From assembly GCA_036149055.1 (NCBI GenBank), contig JAYZQJ010000007.1:75485-139484 (forward strand): a DNA stretch of 64,000 nt. Direction: 5' to 3'. This DNA comes from Myxococcota bacterium. Its GTDB lineage: Bacteria > Myxococcota_A > Polyangia > Polyangiales > Sandaracinaceae. Positions 18,544 through 26,836 of the stretch are shown one piece after another (position 1 is the first letter of the stretch; each line of letters opens with the position of its first letter). Both the position numbers and the translations under genes were made by a program. The notes beneath the pieces were generated by a model, which ran no database searches, was not told the origin of the DNA, and saw only the letters and a list, made by a program, of their open reading frames with translations.

Positions 18544-20033
18544 TCCGCATCTCCCGGCCGCGAGTCGATCACCTCGGCCTCGAGTTCGCCGCGCGCGAGC
18601 CGGACCCGGACGCGGTCGCCGGCCGCCACCTCGCCCGCGTCGAGGAGGGCCCGGCCGGTCTCGGCCGAGAGCGCGATGGCGTAGCCGCGCTGCAGGACCT
18701 CGAGCGGAGAGAGCGCCGAGAGCCGGCCCACCACCGCCGCGAGCCGCGCCCGATCCGCCGAGACCCGAGGCGTCATCAGGCGGCGGAGCGACTGGTCGAG
18801 GCTCTCGAGGGCGCGGCGCCGGCGCTCGACGAGGGGCGGCGCGGCGGCGGCGACCGCGGCCGCCTGCTCGTCCAGCGCGCGGCGCCGGGCGGCCAGCGAG
18901 GGCGGCAGCGCGCGCCCCAGCCGGGCGACCAGGGCGTCGAAGCGAGCGCGGTCGCGGCCGAGGGAGGCGCGCGGATCGCGGCGGTGCAGCCGGTGCTGGA
19001 GGTGCACGTGGCGCTGCCGGCCGCGCGCGATCTGCGCCTCGACCGACCGCTCCAGAGACGCCCGGGCCACGTGCAGCCGATGCGCGATCTGCTCGAGGGC
19101 GCGCGAGGGGTCCGCCACCCGGTGCCCGAGGCGCTCGAAGGCGTGTCGGCGCCGGCCGAGCGCGGCGTCCATCGCCTGCTCCAGCTGGCGCGTGCGGGCC
19201 CGGAGCTCCCGCTCGAGCGCCTCGCGGTCGGGCACGACGAGCTCCGCCGCGTTCGACGGCGTGGCGGCGCGCACGTCGGCCACCAGATCCACGACGCAGG
19301 CGTCGACCTCGTGCCCCACGCCGCTGACCAGCGGGACCGGGCAGGCCGCCGCCGCCCGGGCGACAGACTCTTCGTCGAACGCGCTCAGGTCCACGCTCGC
19401 GCCGCCGCCGCGGGTCAGGATGACCACCTCGAGGTCGGGGACCTGCCCGATCGCCTGGAGCGCGCGCACGATGGAGACGGGCGCGTCGGGGCCCTGGACC
19501 TGACAGTGGGCCACGACGATGCGCACCGGGGCGCGGCCGCGGGCGACCCGGATCACGTCGTGGAGCGCGGCCCCTCGGCGGCTGGTGACCACGCCGATGA
19601 CCCGAGGGTAGATGGGCAAGGGGCGTTTCCGCGAAGCGGCGAAGAGGCCTTCGGCGTGCAGCTTCTTCTTGAGCCGCTCCACTCGCTCGCGGCGGTCCCC
19701 TTCGCCCACCGGCAGCGCGAGCCGAGCGACCAGCTGGAAGCCGCCCCGCGGCTCGTAGAGCGAGAAGCTCGCCTGGAGCCGCACCAGCTCGCCTTGCCGG
19801 AGCTGGGCCCGGCTGTGCGCGACCTCGGTGCGAAACATGATGACGCGGATGCGCGCCTCGGCCTGGGGATCGCAGAGCGTGAAGTGGAAGTGCCCGGTGG
19901 CGCCGCGGTTGACGTCGGTGATCTCTCCCTCGACCCACACCGTGCCCCAGCGCTCGAGCTTCTTGCGCGCGAAGTGGTTGAGGTCGCGCACGCGGAGCAC
20001 GCGGGGTTTGCCGTCCGACACGAGCGCGAACAT
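18540..20033 (-). CDS. xseA: exodeoxyribonuclease VII large subunit
   Basis: VWVEGEI, GHFHFTL, IGVVTS, RGGG, GVGHEVD, ADVRAATPSNAAE, LSPLEVLQRGYA. Confidence 0.93.
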   Translation of the reverse strand: MFALVSDGKPRVLRVRDLNHFARKKLERWGTVWVEGEITDVNRGATGHFHFTLCDPQAEARIRVIMFRTEVAHSRAQLRQGELVRLQASFSLYEPRGGFQLVARLALPVGEGDRRERVERLKKKLHAEGLFAASRKRPLPIYPRVIGVVTSRRGAALHDVIRVARGRAPVRIVVAHCQVQGPDAPVSIVRALQAIGQVPDLEVVILTRGGGASVDLSAFDEESVARAAAACPVPLVSGVGHEVDACVVDLVADVRAATPSNAAELVVPDREALERELRARTRQLEQAMDAALGRRRHAFERLGHRVADPSRALEQIAHRLHVARASLERSVEAQIARGRQRHVHLQHRLHRRDPRASLGRDRARFDALVARLGRALPPSLAARRRALDEQAAAVAAAAPPLVERRRRALESLDQSLRRLMTPRVSADRARLAAVVGRLSALSPLEVLQRGYAIALSAETGRALLDAGEVAAGDRVRVRLARGELEAEVIDSRPGDAE

Positions 20034-20055
20034 AGCAGCCGTGCCAGGGTGGGGG

Positions 20056-20826
20056 ATGCCGGCCGCGATCATCGGCCTCGGGTCGAATCTGGGATCTCGC
20101 GAGGCGCTGCTCCGAGCCGCGATCCGCTCGCTCGACACCCACCCCGGCATCGAGGTCGCGGCCCAGTCCAAGCTCTACCGCAGCCCGGCCATGCTCCCGG
20201 ACGGCGGCGGCCCGCAGCCCGACCACCTGAACGCCGCGGTTCGGCTCGAGGTCGCGCTCTCCCCCCGCGCGCTGCTGACCGTGCTCCACCGGGTCGAGCA
20301 GCGCTTCGGTCGAGAGCGTCGGGAGCGCTGGGGCCCGCGGACCCTGGACCTCGACCTGCTCCACTGGAGCGAAGGCGAGATCGAGGAGGAGGGCCTGACC
20401 GTCCCTCACCCGGGGCTGGAGGCGAGGCCGTTCGCGCTCGCGCCGCTCCTGGACGTCGCGCCGGAGCTCGAGCCGCGGTACGGCGCCGTGCTCGCCGGGC
20501 TGGACAGCCCCCTGGAGGTCCTGCCCTGGGCGCACACCGAGCGGCATCCGGATGGCCTTCGGGTCCGCGGGGTGGATGACGCCGACGCGCTCGCGCTCGG
20601 CCTCGACGCCTGGCTGGGCGGGCCGGCCACCGGGCAGGCGTCGGCGGTCGCCGCCTCGGATCCCCCGGGCTTCGCGCAGGCGGTGCGCGGCGCCGCGCTC
20701 GCGGTGATCACGGGCTGGGAACCGGGCGTGATCCGGGGCCTCCGGGTCGGGGAGGCCTCCGCGCAGCCGGCGCCCATCCGGGCGGTGTCGGTCTCCGACG
20801 GGGCCGCCTGGCTGCAGTTCCGCTGA
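20056..20826 (+). CDS. folK: 2-amino-4-hydroxy-6-hydroxymethyldihydropteridine pyrophosphokinase with C-terminal extension
   Basis: IGLGSNLG, HLNAAV, RWGPRTLDLDLL, LTVPHP, RPFALAPL. Confidence 0.9.
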   Translation: MPAAIIGLGSNLGSREALLRAAIRSLDTHPGIEVAAQSKLYRSPAMLPDGGGPQPDHLNAAVRLEVALSPRALLTVLHRVEQRFGRERRERWGPRTLDLDLLHWSEGEIEEEGLTVPHPGLEARPFALAPLLDVAPELEPRYGAVLAGLDSPLEVLPWAHTERHPDGLRVRGVDDADALALGLDAWLGGPATGQASAVAASDPPGFAQAVRGAALAVITGWEPGVIRGLRVGEASAQPAPIRAVSVSDGAAWLQFR

Positions 20827-20916
20827 CCGGAAACGGGGCGTTGCCCAAGTTGTTGTTTTCGCGGGGCTCGCGAGGGTACGATGGTGCCCCTTTCTCCCCT
20901 TTGGAGGCGTGCGAAA

Positions 20917-23031
20917 ATGGCCGACACGCGCAAGGACAAGCGCGCTCCCATCTCTCTCAAGGTGCGCTTCAAGAGCGCTACCCTCGACGAGTTCATCGAG
21001 CAGTACAGCGTGGACATCAGCCGGGGCGGCATCTTCATCAAGTCGAAGACGCCGATGTCCGTCGGCACGCTCCTGAAGTTCGAGTTCCAGCTGAAGGATG
21101 AATCGCGGCTGATCCACGGGGTGGGGCGCGTCGTGTGGAAGCGGGAGCCGGCGGACGGGGACGACCCGCCGGGGATGGGCATCAAGTTCATCAAGATGGA
21201 CCCGGAGAGCCGGGCCCTCGTCGAGCAGATGGTCCAGAAGCGCGGCGACAAGCCGGGGCGCTTCGAGGAGGGCCAGGACGGCGGCAAGCCGGATCCGACC
21301 GCGGGCGGGTTCTTCCCGAGCACGACCCCCGAGTCCGAGCTGCCCGCGCCGGAGGACCGCACCCAGGTCCGCCACGCCAGCGAGTTCCTCGCCAGCGCCC
21401 TCGCCGAAGGGGACGCCGACAGCGCCAAGCAGGAGGCGGAGGCGAAGGCGGAGGAGGCCCGCAAGCGCACCGAGGAGATCGAGAAGAAGCGCGCCGAGGC
21501 GAAGAAGAAGCGGAAGCCGCGCATCAAGAAGACGCTCGTCGGCATGGGCATCCCGGCGGCCGGGGAGAACGAGGGCGAGGAGATCGAGCCCCCGTCGTCC
21601 GAGGCCGACGAGCCCGCCGAGGAAGAGGCCAAGCCGGCTCGCGAGGTGAGCGAGTCCGCCGAGACCCTCGCGATGGATCGCGAGGCGATCGAGAAGCAGG
21701 AGGCCGCCGCGGAGGAGGCCGAGGAGGCCCCCGCGAAGGCCGCCGAGCCCGAGCCCGAGGAGCCGGAGGCGGCCGAGGCGGACGACGCGGACGACGCGGA
21801 CGAGAAGGCCGCCGAGGAGGCCGCGGCCGCGGCAGCCGCCGAGAAGGAGGCCGCCGAGAAGGCGGCCGAGGCGAAGGCCAAGGACGAGGCCGCGGCGAAG
21901 GCGGCCCAGAAGAAGGCCGAGAAGGCGAAGGCCGAGAAGGCCGAGCCGAAGCCGAAGCCCAAGCCGGCGGTGTCGGAGGCGCGGCCTCAGACGGCCGCCG
22001 CGGAGGAAGAGCCCAAGTCGCGCATGGGCATGATCTTCTTCGCGCTCGTCGCGGCCGTCGTGGTCGGCGTGATCGTCTACATGCAGATGCAGCCGGGCGA
22101 CGATCCCGTCACCGAGCCCACCGACGTCGTCGATCCCGGCGAGGAGGAGGGCCTGGCCGCCGAGGGCGAAGGCGAGGAGCCGATCGAGGAGGCCATCGAG
22201 GAGCCGGTCGAAGAGCCGACCCCGACGGTCAGCGTCAACGTCACCACCGAGCCCGAGGGCGCGACCGTGTTCGTCGGGGGTGAAGAGGCGGGCGCCGCGC
22301 CGCTCGACGTCGACCTGCCGATCGGCGAGGCGGTGACCGTCGCCGCGCGACTGACCGGCTACACCGAGGCCACCCAGGAGGTCACGGCGGCCGAGGAGGG
22401 CACCGAGGACATCAGCCTCACCCTCGAGGCGATGGACTACGTCATCAGCGTCACCACCAGCCCGGGCAACGCGCGGGTCCGCGCGACCGGCGGCGGGAGC
22501 GGCCAGGTCACCGGGACCGGTGAGATCGAGCTGCGCGGGGCGCCCGACGAGGCCGTCGAGCTGACCGCGTCGCTCCGCGGCCACGACAACGCGACCGCCA
22601 CCGTGGAGCCCGGCGCGTTCACCGCGCAGGACGGGCGCATGGTCGCGTCGGTCACCCTCACGCTGACCGAGCGGGAGCGTCCGCGTCCCACCGGCGGCGG
22701 CGGCGGAGGCGGCGGCTCTGCAGGCGGCGGCTCTGCAGGCGGCGGCTCTGCAGGCGGCGGCGGCTCGGCGGGCGGCGGCGGTGCTGGCGGCGGCTCGGCG
22801 GGCGGCGGCGGTGCTGCGGGCGGCGGCGCTGCAGGCGGCGGCTCTGCTGGCGGCGGCGGTGCTGGCGGCGGCGGTGCTGGCGGCGGTTCTGCGGGCGGCG
22901 GCTCTGCGGGCGGCGGCTCTGCGGGCGGCGGCGGTGGCGGTGGCTCTGCGGGCGGCGGCGGTGCTGGCGGCGGCGGTGCGGGCGGCGGCGAGGCCCCCGA
23001 AGAAGAGGCTCCGCCGGACAACCCCTTCTGA
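20917..23031 (+). CDS. TIGR02266-like PilZ-domain membrane protein with Ala/Glu/Lys linker, TM helix, PEGA-like domain and Gly-rich tail
   Basis: RBS GGAGG; RKDKR, DISRGGIFI, GRVVW, GMGIKF; TM FFALVAAVVVGVIVY; VTTEPEGATVFVGG. Confidence 0.8.
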   Translation: MADTRKDKRAPISLKVRFKSATLDEFIEQYSVDISRGGIFIKSKTPMSVGTLLKFEFQLKDESRLIHGVGRVVWKREPADGDDPPGMGIKFIKMDPESRALVEQMVQKRGDKPGRFEEGQDGGKPDPTAGGFFPSTTPESELPAPEDRTQVRHASEFLASALAEGDADSAKQEAEAKAEEARKRTEEIEKKRAEAKKKRKPRIKKTLVGMGIPAAGENEGEEIEPPSSEADEPAEEEAKPAREVSESAETLAMDREAIEKQEAAAEEAEEAPAKAAEPEPEEPEAAEADDADDADEKAAEEAAAAAAAEKEAAEKAAEAKAKDEAAAKAAQKKAEKAKAEKAEPKPKPKPAVSEARPQTAAAEEEPKSRMGMIFFALVAAVVVGVIVYMQMQPGDDPVTEPTDVVDPGEEEGLAAEGEGEEPIEEAIEEPVEEPTPTVSVNVTTEPEGATVFVGGEEAGAAPLDVDLPIGEAVTVAARLTGYTEATQEVTAAEEGTEDISLTLEAMDYVISVTTSPGNARVRATGGGSGQVTGTGEIELRGAPDEAVELTASLRGHDNATATVEPGAFTAQDGRMVASVTLTLTERERPRPTGGGGGGGGSAGGGSAGGGSAGGGGSAGGGGAGGGSAGGGGAAGGGAAGGGSAGGGGAGGGGAGGGSAGGGSAGGGSAGGGGGGGSAGGGGAGGGGAGGGEAPEEEAPPDNPF
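22693..22990 (+). repeat. Gly-rich coding minisatellite (GGGSA/GGGGA units)
   Basis: Repeated GGCGGCGGCTCTGCA / GGCGGCGGTGCT units. Confidence 0.9.
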
Positions 23032-23046
23032 TCCGAGCCGAATGGA

Positions 23047-23083
23047 GAGAGACGGAGCGCTTCGGCGCTCCGTTTCTCGTTTC
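23047..23083. terminator. intrinsic terminator-like hairpin between convergent genes
   Basis: 14-bp stem GAGAGACGGAGCGC / GCGCTCCGTTTCTC (one G-U pair), C(UUCG)G tetraloop, short T-rich tail on +. Confidence 0.75.
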
Positions 23084-23780
23084 AGGGCTCCTCGACGGAG
23101 GCGAGCCTCCGCGCGGCGCCGCCCTCCGGGGTGGGGGCGAGCCAGCGCACGAGCGCGAAGCCGACCACGAACCCGCCGATGTGCGCGAAGAACGCCACGC
23201 CGCCCGCCGTCTCGGGCAGCCCGAGCGCGGTGAAGCCCTGAAGCGTCTGGAGCCCGAACCAGACGAAGAGGAAGATCCAGGCGGGTGACTCGAAGAGCAC
23301 GAAGACGATCGGGAAGATGAAGGTCACCACCGGCGCGCGGGGGTGCAGCATCATGTAGGCGCCGAGCACGCCCGCGATCGCGCCCGACGCGCCGACCATC
23401 GGGATCTGGCTGTCGGGCCCGATCGCCACCTGGGCGGCGACCGCGCCGAGGCCGGCCAGCAGGTAGAGCGCGAGGTAGCGGAGCTTGCCCAGCTCGTCTT
23501 CGATGTTGTCCCCGAAGACGTGCAGGAACCACATGTTCCCGATGAGGTGCGTCCAGCCGCCGTGCAGGAACATGCTCGTCAACGGCGTCAGCCAGCTCCC
23601 GAGGGAGGGCTCGCGCACGAGGTAGTACGGGATGACCCCCTTGCGGAGCAGCAGCGCCGCGCCGGCGACGTCGTCCAGGGTGAGCTGGTAGAGCCAGACC
23701 GCGACGTTGAGCGCGATCAGGGACCAGGTCACCAGCGGGAAGCGCCGGGTGGGGTTGATGTCCCGAACGGGGATCAGCAC
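23082..23780 (-). CDS. rhomboid-family intramembrane serine protease
   Basis: IPVRDINP start, MFLHGGWTHLIGNMWFL, GASGAIAG (Ser), AHIGGF (His). Confidence 0.92.
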   Translation of the reverse strand: MLIPVRDINPTRRFPLVTWSLIALNVAVWLYQLTLDDVAGAALLLRKGVIPYYLVREPSLGSWLTPLTSMFLHGGWTHLIGNMWFLHVFGDNIEDELGKLRYLALYLLAGLGAVAAQVAIGPDSQIPMVGASGAIAGVLGAYMMLHPRAPVVTFIFPIVFVLFESPAWIFLFVWFGLQTLQGFTALGLPETAGGVAFFAHIGGFVVGFALVRWLAPTPEGGAARRLASVEEP

Positions 23781-23840
23781 CTCGGGAAGCTGTGGCGCGG
23801 GCCCCCCGACGTCAATCGCGGCTCGTGCTACCAGGTCCGG

Positions 23841-25775
23841 GTGCGATCGTCGGAGCTGCTCGGAGCGACGGGACCGCTCGCGTCGGCCCTCGCGGGGTAC
23901 GAGCTGCGCGAGCCGCAGCTCCGCATGGCCGAGATGGTCGAGACCGCGCTCGAGCGCGAGGGCGTCGCGCTGATCGAGGCCGGCACCGGGACGGGCAAGA
24001 CGCTGGCGTACCTGGTCCCTGCGCTCCGCTCGGGCCGGAAAGTGATCGTCTCGACGGGCACCCGGGCGCTCCAGGACCAGATCATGGAGCGCGACCTTCC
24101 GGCGCTCACCCGCCACCTCGGCCTGCCGGTGCGCGCGGCGTGCATGAAGGGGCTGTCGAACTACCTCTGCCGCCGCCGCTTCGGCGAGCTGAAGGACTCG
24201 CCCGAGTCGGAGCGGCCGAGCGTGGCGCGCCACCTCCCGCTGATCGAGGCGTGGTCGCAGCGGAGCCGCCTCGGCGATCGCGCGGAGCTCGCCGAGGTGC
24301 CCGAGGACGATCCCGTCTGGGCGGCCGTGCAGTCGGGCTCCGACACCCGCGTGGGTCCCCGCTGCGCGCACTTCGAGTCCTGCTTCGTGACCGCCATGCG
24401 GCGCGAGGCCGAGGACGCGCAGCTGGTCGTGGTCAACCACCACCTGTTCTTCGCGGACCTCGCGATGCGCGGCTGCGCGGACGGCCCCCGCGGCGGGGCG
24501 GTGCTCCCCGACTACGACGCGGTCATCTTCGACGAGGCCCATCAGATCGAGGACGTGGCCACGCTCTTCTTCGGCGTGCAGGTGTCGGAGACGATGATCG
24601 AGCGCCTGCTGAAGGACGCCGAGCGCGCCTTCTCCGCGCGCGGGCTGCTCGACGAGCGGACCGATCGCGTCCTCCGCACGGTGCTCGGTCGGGCCGAGGC
24701 GTTCTTCGAGCAGGTCCCGGCCGGAGGCGGCGAGGGGCGGGTGGAGCTGCCGGCCGGCCTCTTCGAGGGCGCGCGATCGCGGGCCTACCACGACCTCGAC
24801 GCGGCCCTCGAGGCGATGACCCTCGTGTGCCGTCGGCAGGAGAGCGAGGGCGAGTCCTTCGGGCAGCTCGCGCGCCGCACGCGTCGCATCCGGGACGAGC
24901 TCGCGCAGGTCGCCGACGGGGGCGAGCCCGGGCGACAGATCACCTGGTCGGATCGGCGTCGCGACCGCCGCGTGGTCGGCGCGAGCCCGGTCGACGTGAG
25001 CGCGATCTTCCGCGACGAGGTCATCCGCCGCGTGCCGAGCGTGGTGCTGACCAGCGCCACCCTCACGGTCTCGGGCAGCTTCCAGTTCGTGAAGCGCCGC
25101 CTCGGCGTCGACTTCGAGGTCGACGAGGCGATCCTCGAGTCGCCCTTCGACTACGCGTCGCAGGCCGCGCTCTACGTGCCGCCGCTCCCGGATCCGCGCG
25201 CGCCGGGCTACTCGGACGCGGCGGTCGATGAGATCGCGCGGCTGGTCGCGCTGACCCGGGGCGGCGCCTTCGTGCTGTGCACCTCGGTGCGCATGATGGA
25301 GCGCTTCGCGGCGCGCGCTCGGCCTCGCCTCCGCGGCCGCCCGATCTACGTGCAGGGCGACGCGCCGAAGGGCGCCCTGCTCGAGCGCTTCCGGCGGGAC
25401 GGGGACGCGGTGCTCTTCGCGACCGCGAGCTTCTGGCAGGGCGTCGACGTGCCGGGCGACGCGCTCCGCCTGGTCATCATGGACAAGCTCCCCTTCGACG
25501 TGCCGAGCGATCCGCTCGTGGAGGCCCGCTGCCGCCGGGTCGAGGAGGAGGGGGAGTCCGCGTTCGCCCGCTACCTCGTCCCGTCCGCGGCGCTGACCCT
25601 GAAGCAGGGCTTCGGCAGGCTCGTGCGCAGCCGCCGGGATCGCGGCGTGGTCGCGGTGCTCGACGGTCGCCTGCGCACGAAGGGCTACGGCAAGGTCTTC
25701 CTGCGCAGCCTCCCGCCGGCGCGCCGCTGCGACACCTTCGAAGAGGTCGAGGCGTTCTGGCGGTCGATCAGCTGA
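23841..25775 (+). CDS. DinG/YoaA-family ATP-dependent DNA helicase
   Basis: LREPQ, AGTGTGKT, VVNHHLF, DEAH, TSATL, FWQGVDVPG, QGFGRLVR. Confidence 0.92.
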   Translation: MRSSELLGATGPLASALAGYELREPQLRMAEMVETALEREGVALIEAGTGTGKTLAYLVPALRSGRKVIVSTGTRALQDQIMERDLPALTRHLGLPVRAACMKGLSNYLCRRRFGELKDSPESERPSVARHLPLIEAWSQRSRLGDRAELAEVPEDDPVWAAVQSGSDTRVGPRCAHFESCFVTAMRREAEDAQLVVVNHHLFFADLAMRGCADGPRGGAVLPDYDAVIFDEAHQIEDVATLFFGVQVSETMIERLLKDAERAFSARGLLDERTDRVLRTVLGRAEAFFEQVPAGGGEGRVELPAGLFEGARSRAYHDLDAALEAMTLVCRRQESEGESFGQLARRTRRIRDELAQVADGGEPGRQITWSDRRRDRRVVGASPVDVSAIFRDEVIRRVPSVVLTSATLTVSGSFQFVKRRLGVDFEVDEAILESPFDYASQAALYVPPLPDPRAPGYSDAAVDEIARLVALTRGGAFVLCTSVRMMERFAARARPRLRGRPIYVQGDAPKGALLERFRRDGDAVLFATASFWQGVDVPGDALRLVIMDKLPFDVPSDPLVEARCRRVEEEGESAFARYLVPSAALTLKQGFGRLVRSRRDRGVVAVLDGRLRTKGYGKVFLRSLPPARRCDTFEEVEAFWRSIS

Positions 25776-26667
25776 CCGGGGGCGCCTCGCGAGCGAGGAA
25801 GACCATGTCGCGCCCGACCGGCACCTCGTCGTTCGGCATCAGCACGTAGCAGGGCTCCCGGACCCGTAGCTCGGCGATGCGATCCCGCGCGATGACCTCG
25901 CCCGCCTCGATGCGCTCGAGCCCGTGCAGCGGCCGGGTGAAGCGGAAGCCCTCGCTCGGGCGGCTGATGATCTCGACCACCTCGAGGAAGGTCGGCTCGC
26001 CGCTCGGGGGCGCGCCGTCGAGCACCGCGCTGGCGCGGAGGAAGGCGAGCGCGCAGTCCCAGGCCGCGTCCACCGTGCCCGGGTCGTCGTGGGGCCCGCA
26101 CTCGACGCTGACCGCCGGGCGGTCGACGCGCTGCATGATGCCGATCGTCACCTTGTCCATCAGCAGGCCGGGCGCCGCCCAGCCGTGGGTGACGAAGCCG
26201 AAGCCGAGCTGCCGGGAGAGCTCCGCCGCCCGCGGCACGTCGTTGATGATCGCGAACGGGGGCGTCGGCGAGGTCGCCGAGTGCAGATCCAGCAGGGCGT
26301 CGAGGTCCGCGAGGAGCGGCTCGAGCACGTGGGCGCGCGCGTGCTCGGGAGACCATCGCTCGCGGGGCAGCTCGTCCACGAACGAGAGATCGAAGAGGCG
26401 GTTGAGGTCGGCGCCGCCGCGCGTGAAGCGGCGCCCCTCCTCGATCGCGGCGGGGTTGCCCTCGATCAGCACCCAGGTGCCCGCGGTCGGCGCGATGCGT
26501 CCGTCGGCGACGTCGCGCTCCAGGCGCCGTATCACCTCGACTCCACAGCGCTCGTTGCCGTGCACGCCGCCCAGGATCCCGATGTGCGGGCGGGGCAGGG
26601 ACGGATCGAGGGAGATTCGGGTGACACCCTCGAGGGTCGGATGGCGAACCAGGGTCGCTCGAGTCAT
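25768..26667 (-). CDS. succinylglutamate desuccinylase/aspartoacylase-family (M14-like) hydrolase
   Basis: GGVHGNE, GNP, DLNRLF, DLHS, VECG. Confidence 0.88.
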   Translation of the reverse strand: MTRATLVRHPTLEGVTRISLDPSLPRPHIGILGGVHGNERCGVEVIRRLERDVADGRIAPTAGTWVLIEGNPAAIEEGRRFTRGGADLNRLFDLSFVDELPRERWSPEHARAHVLEPLLADLDALLDLHSATSPTPPFAIINDVPRAAELSRQLGFGFVTHGWAAPGLLMDKVTIGIMQRVDRPAVSVECGPHDDPGTVDAAWDCALAFLRASAVLDGAPPSGEPTFLEVVEIISRPSEGFRFTRPLHGLERIEAGEVIARDRIAELRVREPCYVLMPNDEVPVGRDMVFLAREAPPVS

Positions 26668-26836
26668 ACAGCTCGCGCGGATGCTAGCTCGGAGGCGTCC
26701 CCAAATCGACCGCTCGCGTCATCGACAGGGCCCGTCTCGCGTGAGATCCTCGCCGGTCCGGGGTAGGATTCCACTCCCCCGAGGCGGTTTCATGGGGCGA
26801 CCCCACGAGCAGCGCGGCACCTCGCCCGAGGTGTCC

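Noticed and set aside
22693..22990. CRISPR array or non-coding repeat
   Set aside because: No unique spacers; the repeat is in-frame Gly-rich coding sequence; no cas genes
17698..23532. 1944-aa minus-strand ORF
   Set aside because: Only the last 281 aa are aroE; the rest is an Arg/Gly/Ala-rich shadow of xseA, folK and the PilZ gene
23082..23780. Rhomboid as the sortase for the MYXO-CTERM proteins
   Set aside because: Rhombosortases act on GlyGly-CTERM; this looks like a generic rhomboid and is unlinked to the substrates
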